The notes under the pieces are model-generated. The model searched no databases, had not been told where the DNA came from, and saw only the letters and a program-made list of their open reading frames with translations. Made by a program: the position numbers and the translations under genes. A stretch of DNA of 64,000 nt from an uncultured delta proteobacterium (lineage in GTDB: Bacteria > Desulfobacterota > Desulfuromonadia > Desulfuromonadales > BM103), in contig CAVQRZ010000005.1 in NCBI GenBank assembly GCA_963715335.1, forward strand, positions 148,578 through 212,577. Reading direction: 5' to 3'. This document shows, in pieces, positions 59,444 to 64,000 of the stretch (positions are counted from its first letter, which is position 1; each line of letters starts with the position of its first letter).

Positions 59444-59842
59444 ATGACATTTTTGCCTTCGCTGCCGGACAACGCGGTCAGACGCTTGTCAAAGGTCATC
59501 GCCAGGACGATTCACCTGGTCGGGATCGCCGGCCTGTTCGGCAACGCCATGCTGGGCAGCTACGCTTCAGTCTATGTAACGCTGACCATCGTTTCCGGGG
59601 TTGTGCTGACTTTGATGGAGGCCTGGTCGGGCCCGATCTGGTTTGTCCAGCTCCGCGGCATCGCGTTGTATTTCAAGCTGCTGCTTCTGCTGCCGATCCA
59701 TCTCTACCCGAACACCGCCGTCCCCTGCCTGATTGCTGTTATTGCCATTTCCGGTTTCATGTCCCACGCGCCGAGTTGGATCCGGTATTTCTCCGTGCGG
59801 CATTGGAAAGTCGTGCTTTCCCAGAATGACCTCTTAGGCTGA
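59444..59842 (+). CDS. Small integral membrane protein
   Basis: GGGAG RBS; about 4 TM segments; RTIHL..G..K..SHAP..IRYFS. Confidence 0.6.
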   Translation: MTFLPSLPDNAVRRLSKVIARTIHLVGIAGLFGNAMLGSYASVYVTLTIVSGVVLTLMEAWSGPIWFVQLRGIALYFKLLLLLPIHLYPNTAVPCLIAVIAISGFMSHAPSWIRYFSVRHWKVVLSQNDLLG

Positions 59843-59893
59843 AGCATCGCACGGCCGGAGGACACTTGCAGAAGTGGCCGGCGACGAATTTTG

Positions 59894-61060
59894 TCAGATA
59901 AATCTCTGCATCATCTCTGCGGTCCAGGCCTCAACATTGTCCGATGTCACGCGATGTGCAAGCAGGGCCTTTTCCGCATGGTTCCGCAGCACGCTATCGT
60001 TCAGATCTGACAGGCGCGAAAAGATCCCGGTGCGCCGGCCGACCAGGTAGAGCAGCTGCTGCGACGGGTCGATCGACATGAAGGTACGGATCGGTTCCGT
60101 CATCTTCTCCAGGTCGTGCGGCAGGTGCCCTTCGACCTCCTGGAACAGGTTGAGGATGTGATCGCTCTTGACCACGCTGGTGACACCTTCGAGGTTATCC
60201 AGAAACAGCAACAGCTCCGCCGCCATCTGCTGGTCGTTCAAAGGGGTAAAGGTTCCCATCTGCACGTCCTGGAAGAGATCGACTCCGGCGGGGATCGCCA
60301 AGGTCCTGATGCGGATGAAATCGGGGTCGATCCGGTTGATGGCGTCGGCGGTCTGCAGGGCGTTGACGCCGGAATACTCCTGGCCGCCCAGGCCGGGCAT
60401 GTAGTACTCGGAGAGCTCGATTCCGGCACTCTTTACCTTCCGTCCGGCGATGACCTGCGTCTCCTTATCAACGCCCTTTTTAATGAAATCGAGGACCGCA
60501 TCCGCGCCCGACTCCATGCCGATGTGAATCCGGTTCAGGCCGGCCGCAGCAAGGCAGGCCATATCTTCATCGCTGATCCTGGCGACCGAATGCGATCGGG
60601 CATAGGAGGTGACTCGCTCGATCCGGGGGAAAACCCGGCGCAAATGCTCCAGAACCGAGACCAGCTCGGCAGGCTTGATGACCAGCGTGTTGGCATCCTG
60701 TAAAAAGACCGACCGCATGCCGCTGCGCACCCAGTTCAGGGCGGAGTGAAAGGCCATCCGTTCGGGGGGTGACAGACCCGTCTGCAGCGAGGATAATTGC
60801 CTGTAACTTGCCTCCCCCGGTCTTTGCATGGCCGCCTCGATCTGGTCGACATGATGCCTGATCTGATCGATGTCCCGCATCACGTGCGCGACTGGTCGAA
60901 TGCTGAATTGCTCCCCCCGATAGAGCCCGCAGAACTTGCACTTGTTCCATGGGCAGTTCCTGGTAACCCTGAGCATCAGGCTGGCGGCCTCACTTGGCGG
61001 ACGGATCGGCCCCACTTCAAAGCCCTCATAGACTTCTGCCGTTTCGATATGCTGTTTCAT
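59894..61060 (-). CDS. Radical SAM protein
   Basis: GPIRPPSEA, TRNCPWNKCKFC, FLQDAN, HIGMESG, MPGLGG, SDHILNL. Confidence 0.88.
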   Translation of the reverse strand: MKQHIETAEVYEGFEVGPIRPPSEAASLMLRVTRNCPWNKCKFCGLYRGEQFSIRPVAHVMRDIDQIRHHVDQIEAAMQRPGEASYRQLSSLQTGLSPPERMAFHSALNWVRSGMRSVFLQDANTLVIKPAELVSVLEHLRRVFPRIERVTSYARSHSVARISDEDMACLAAAGLNRIHIGMESGADAVLDFIKKGVDKETQVIAGRKVKSAGIELSEYYMPGLGGQEYSGVNALQTADAINRIDPDFIRIRTLAIPAGVDLFQDVQMGTFTPLNDQQMAAELLLFLDNLEGVTSVVKSDHILNLFQEVEGHLPHDLEKMTEPIRTFMSIDPSQQLLYLVGRRTGIFSRLSDLNDSVLRNHAEKALLAHRVTSDNVEAWTAEMMQRFI

Positions 61061-61377
61061 CTATTCACCCATCTGTTCCTGTTATTATGACAGCTCGGGA
61101 GTTTATTTGTTAAGAGGGGGGAGATTTATATATGGCAGAAGGGCTCGAACGTGATGTCGTGGATAACGTTTGTGAAAGAGGCAGCACACCGCGCAAACAA
61201 GGGAAAATGGTTGTTTGGAATTCCCTGTTGAATCTTGAAAAATCAGGGCCTCTGAGAATTTCGCACCTCAGCCAATCTTGGTGTTACTGTATATTGCAGA
61301 GATATAAACGTGAGGCTCTCTTGAGCCCGTAAACCGCGACAGGGCTGCTGGAGACCTTTGGGCAGGCAGATATCGCT

Positions 61378-62124
61378 TCAGACGTGTACATCGCCGAAAG
61401 TCAACTCTCCCTCCACTGTCCGATGCCGGATCATTACGTATAGAAGCCAACCGTAGAAGATCAGCACACCTGCCAAGACAACCGCACCCGGGATGTAACC
61501 GATAGCGCTATTGTGCAGAAACTCTTTGCTCGAGTGGACGAACTCCACATCTCCAGTTCTGGGTTGCAACACCGCAGTGGTGGTTTTCAACATCCATGCC
61601 CCCAGCAGAATCAGGAATATCCAGCAGTAGTTCCTTGACAGACGGCGCGCCATGGCCTGGCGTCGACCGATGGTGAACCTTGGGTGTCGTAATGTTTCCG
61701 CAAGTTCAGTTGCCCAGTCGTGGGATGCAGCTTGTTTCTCGGGATCGAAAAACGGGGCATAGTAATTACGTTCCAACAAGCGCACGCGGGTCCGAAAAAG
61801 GTGAAAGAAACGATATCGCCGTGACTCGATCTGGAGGAGGAGGAAGACTAATACCATCGAGAAGATGAGCACGCTGTGGTGCGCATTGGCCGTGGCCAGG
61901 GTGATGGAAAGCATGGCGGTCACCGCGCCGATGGCCCAGTTAGTCGTGCGATCAAGTCGGTCGCGCCAACTCATCATGCGCGCCATTTCGCCGCGGTAAT
62001 AGTGGGCCAGGGTGGTAATGTCGTCCTTTGCCAGCACCGGAAACCTCAGAGATGAGCCTCCCTCAGGATGATCAACGAGACCGGTCGTTGCATGCCCGCT
62101 CCTTGGTTGACGTTTTTCAGTCAT
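61378..62124 (-). CDS. DUF2270-like membrane protein
   Basis: HYYRGEMARM..WRDRLDRTTNWA, IESRRYRFF, RVRLLE, RRLSRNY. Confidence 0.75.
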   Translation of the reverse strand: MTEKRQPRSGHATTGLVDHPEGGSSLRFPVLAKDDITTLAHYYRGEMARMMSWRDRLDRTTNWAIGAVTAMLSITLATANAHHSVLIFSMVLVFLLLQIESRRYRFFHLFRTRVRLLERNYYAPFFDPEKQAASHDWATELAETLRHPRFTIGRRQAMARRLSRNYCWIFLILLGAWMLKTTTAVLQPRTGDVEFVHSSKEFLHNSAIGYIPGAVVLAGVLIFYGWLLYVMIRHRTVEGELTFGDVHV

Positions 62125-62511
62125 GGCTGTTCACCGAAGGCGCCTTCAAATACTCATTGCGACCATTTTCCGGAGATAGGGACCCGGCCGAAGGTTGACT
62201 TCTCTCAAGTTGTAATTCTTTATCTGCCATCGGTATAGCCCTCGCTGATAGTCTGTTTTAGGAGTTTGCGCATGCAGTGCTCTGAAACTTCCATCCCCAC
62301 CTGCTTTTGCATTTACTACTAACAGAGGATAATGAAAGATCAAGTTATTGGGTAGCTTTTAGGTTATGTGAATTTCCAGACACGACCAGGAGGTAATTTT
62401 GCTGCTTGGCCTATCTACTCAAATCTTGATAATGACTCGCTGTCTGATGATTCACGGGTTGTGAGAGGACGAACAGCTTCTTATTGAAAGAGACCTTTGA
62501 GAAGCTATTTA

Positions 62512-62544
62512 AATGGCCACGTGGAGACGATCCAGGTGGCCATT
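62512..62544. terminator. Orphan stem-loop near the IS insertion site
   Basis: AATGGCCACGTGGA-GACGA-TCCAGGTGGCCATT (one mismatch). Confidence 0.35.
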
Positions 62545-62612
62545 CTCATGTTGTTCAACTGTGTGTCCGCACAGTTGATTTTCGTGGATTACTAGCGAAA
62601 CGTTTACGGGTT

Positions 62613-63999
62613 GAGCCTCTTGCAAAAGTAGATTTAGTTTTTAGTATATAGAGGCGATGGGTTAAAAAGTCGAGCTTCAAAGACAACTATCTGATATTAT
62701 TAGGTTACCAGACCAAAATAATCCTCAGGAGGCTGCCGATGAAGCTCAAGGCCAAAATATCATGGTTGATGGGAACAGTACAGCAAAGTCTGTTCCCCTA
62801 TCTTGACGAGAGCCTGCCCGATCCGCTGACGGAACCAGAGAGGCAGTTGGTCAAGATCCTTGAGTTGGTTCAGATTGAACAGCATGTTCCGGTCAGCCGC
62901 AGCCGGCAATGGCTGGGACGGCCGCTCAAGGAACGCGAAGCGATCGCCAGGGCTTTTGTGGCCAAGGCGTTGCTGCGTTATCAGCATACCAGTTCTTTGC
63001 GGAACGCTTTGCTGAGCGCCCCGAATCTACGGATCATCTGCGGGTTCAGCAAACGGCAGGAGGTTCCTTCGGAGTCGACCTTCTCCCGGGCCTTTGCCGA
63101 GTATGCCAAAGCCGGTCTGGGCACAATCGTCCACGATGCCCTGGTCAAAGAGTACCTCGCGGCGGAGTTGATTGGCCACATCAGCCGGGATTCGACATCT
63201 CTTGCGGGGCGGGAGAAGCCGGTCAAAAAGGTCAAATCGCCCAAAGTGGTGAAGAAGCGGGGGCGTCCAACCAAAGGTGAGGTTCGCCCACCGAAACGGC
63301 TGGATCTTCAGCGGCTCCAGACTGCACAAGAAGCGCTTGCGGAATTGCCAAAGGCCTGTGATCGAGGCGTCAAGAAGAACGCCAAAGGCTATGCGGAGAC
63401 CTGGCACGGCTACAAGCTACATCTGGACGTGAATGATTGTGGATTGCCGATCAGCGCGGTCCTGACTTCGGCCTCGGTACATGACAGCCAGGTGGCGATT
63501 CCGCTGATGAAACTGAGTGCGGCCAAGGTGACGTCCTGTTACGACCTGATGGACGCAGCTTACGATGCGGCGCAGATTTGGGAGCAGAGCAAAGCGCTTG
63601 GTCATGTCCCGGTCATTGACCGCAACCCGCGTAGCCAAAAGATCCTGCCGATGGCCCCGCATGAAGCAGCACGCTACACAGAGCGGACTTCGGCGGAGCG
63701 CTGCAATGGAAGATTCAAGGACGAGTTTGGAGGCCGCAGCGTGCAGGTCCGCGGCCCGGACAAGGTGATGATGCATGCCATGTTCGGCATCGTGACCCTG
63801 TTTGCCGACCAGTTACTCAAAGTCACTGGTTGCTGATTGTCAAAGAACGAAAACGGAGCACTGAGGGGGGGACGTCTGTCCAAAATGCCGGAAATCGACG
63901 AGACAGTCGACTGCTCTTCTGGTTAATGGGTTACAACTGACGGAACAATGGTCCTGACCGTTTTTAAGCGCCTCTACTCAGGACTTTTGCAAGAGGCTC
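62613..63999 (+). mobile_element. Complete insertion sequence (1387 bp) with 17-bp perfect terminal inverted repeats
   Basis: GAGCCTCTTGCAAAAGT (62613-62629) and ACTTTTGCAAGAGGCTC (63983-63999) enclose one transposase ORF. Confidence 0.9.
62739..63836 (+). CDS. DDE transposase (IS4/IS5/IS1182-like; family not resolved)
   Basis: VPSESTFSR, ISRDST, GYKLH, ASVHDSQ, LMDAAYD, Y..RTSAERCNGRFK; AGGAGG RBS. Confidence 0.9.
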   Translation: MKLKAKISWLMGTVQQSLFPYLDESLPDPLTEPERQLVKILELVQIEQHVPVSRSRQWLGRPLKEREAIARAFVAKALLRYQHTSSLRNALLSAPNLRIICGFSKRQEVPSESTFSRAFAEYAKAGLGTIVHDALVKEYLAAELIGHISRDSTSLAGREKPVKKVKSPKVVKKRGRPTKGEVRPPKRLDLQRLQTAQEALAELPKACDRGVKKNAKGYAETWHGYKLHLDVNDCGLPISAVLTSASVHDSQVAIPLMKLSAAKVTSCYDLMDAAYDAAQIWEQSKALGHVPVIDRNPRSQKILPMAPHEAARYTERTSAERCNGRFKDEFGGRSVQVRGPDKVMMHAMFGIVTLFADQLLKVTGC

Positions 64000-64000
64000 G

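Noticed and set aside
62146..62500. Small ORFs or a gene remnant left of the IS
   Set aside because: No RBS, motif or coding bias could be supported.

Overview
64-kb, mostly GC-rich chromosomal segment whose gene content suggests an anaerobic Desulfobacterota bacterium, probably Desulfuromonadales (inference). It has three large metabolic blocks. (i) A Mo-nitrogenase cluster in several units: nifHDK-nifX-fdx-nifX/B-like-nifB-TSUP on -, nifE-nifN-[NifU-N/NifQ fusion] on +, and nifV plus a GNAT gene on -. An OprC-like TonB-dependent receptor/TonB pair and a P-loop kinase sit between the arms. (ii) A Na+-NQR operon, nqrABCDEF, followed by a ferritin-like ORF and an nqrM-like ORF. (iii) A tungsten aldehyde oxidoreductase operon (aorABC, MoaD, ThiF, tupABC, frameshifted moeA). 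Signals not shown by the ORF track: an orphan GrdB/PrdB-family selenoprotein split at an in-frame UGA (UxxC) with a perfect SECIS-like hairpin; four sigma54 promoters with a shared 17-bp NtrC-like box; five ANTAR-type twin-hexaloop attenuators (two in tandem before nifH); heptamer/octamer tandem-repeat hairpins in most nif spacers; two palindromic repeat elements; a degenerate GEMM-I-like riboswitch before msrA; two single-base frameshifts; and a complete IS with 17-bp TIRs at the right edge. All calls come from reading motifs by eye; no searches or folding programs were run.
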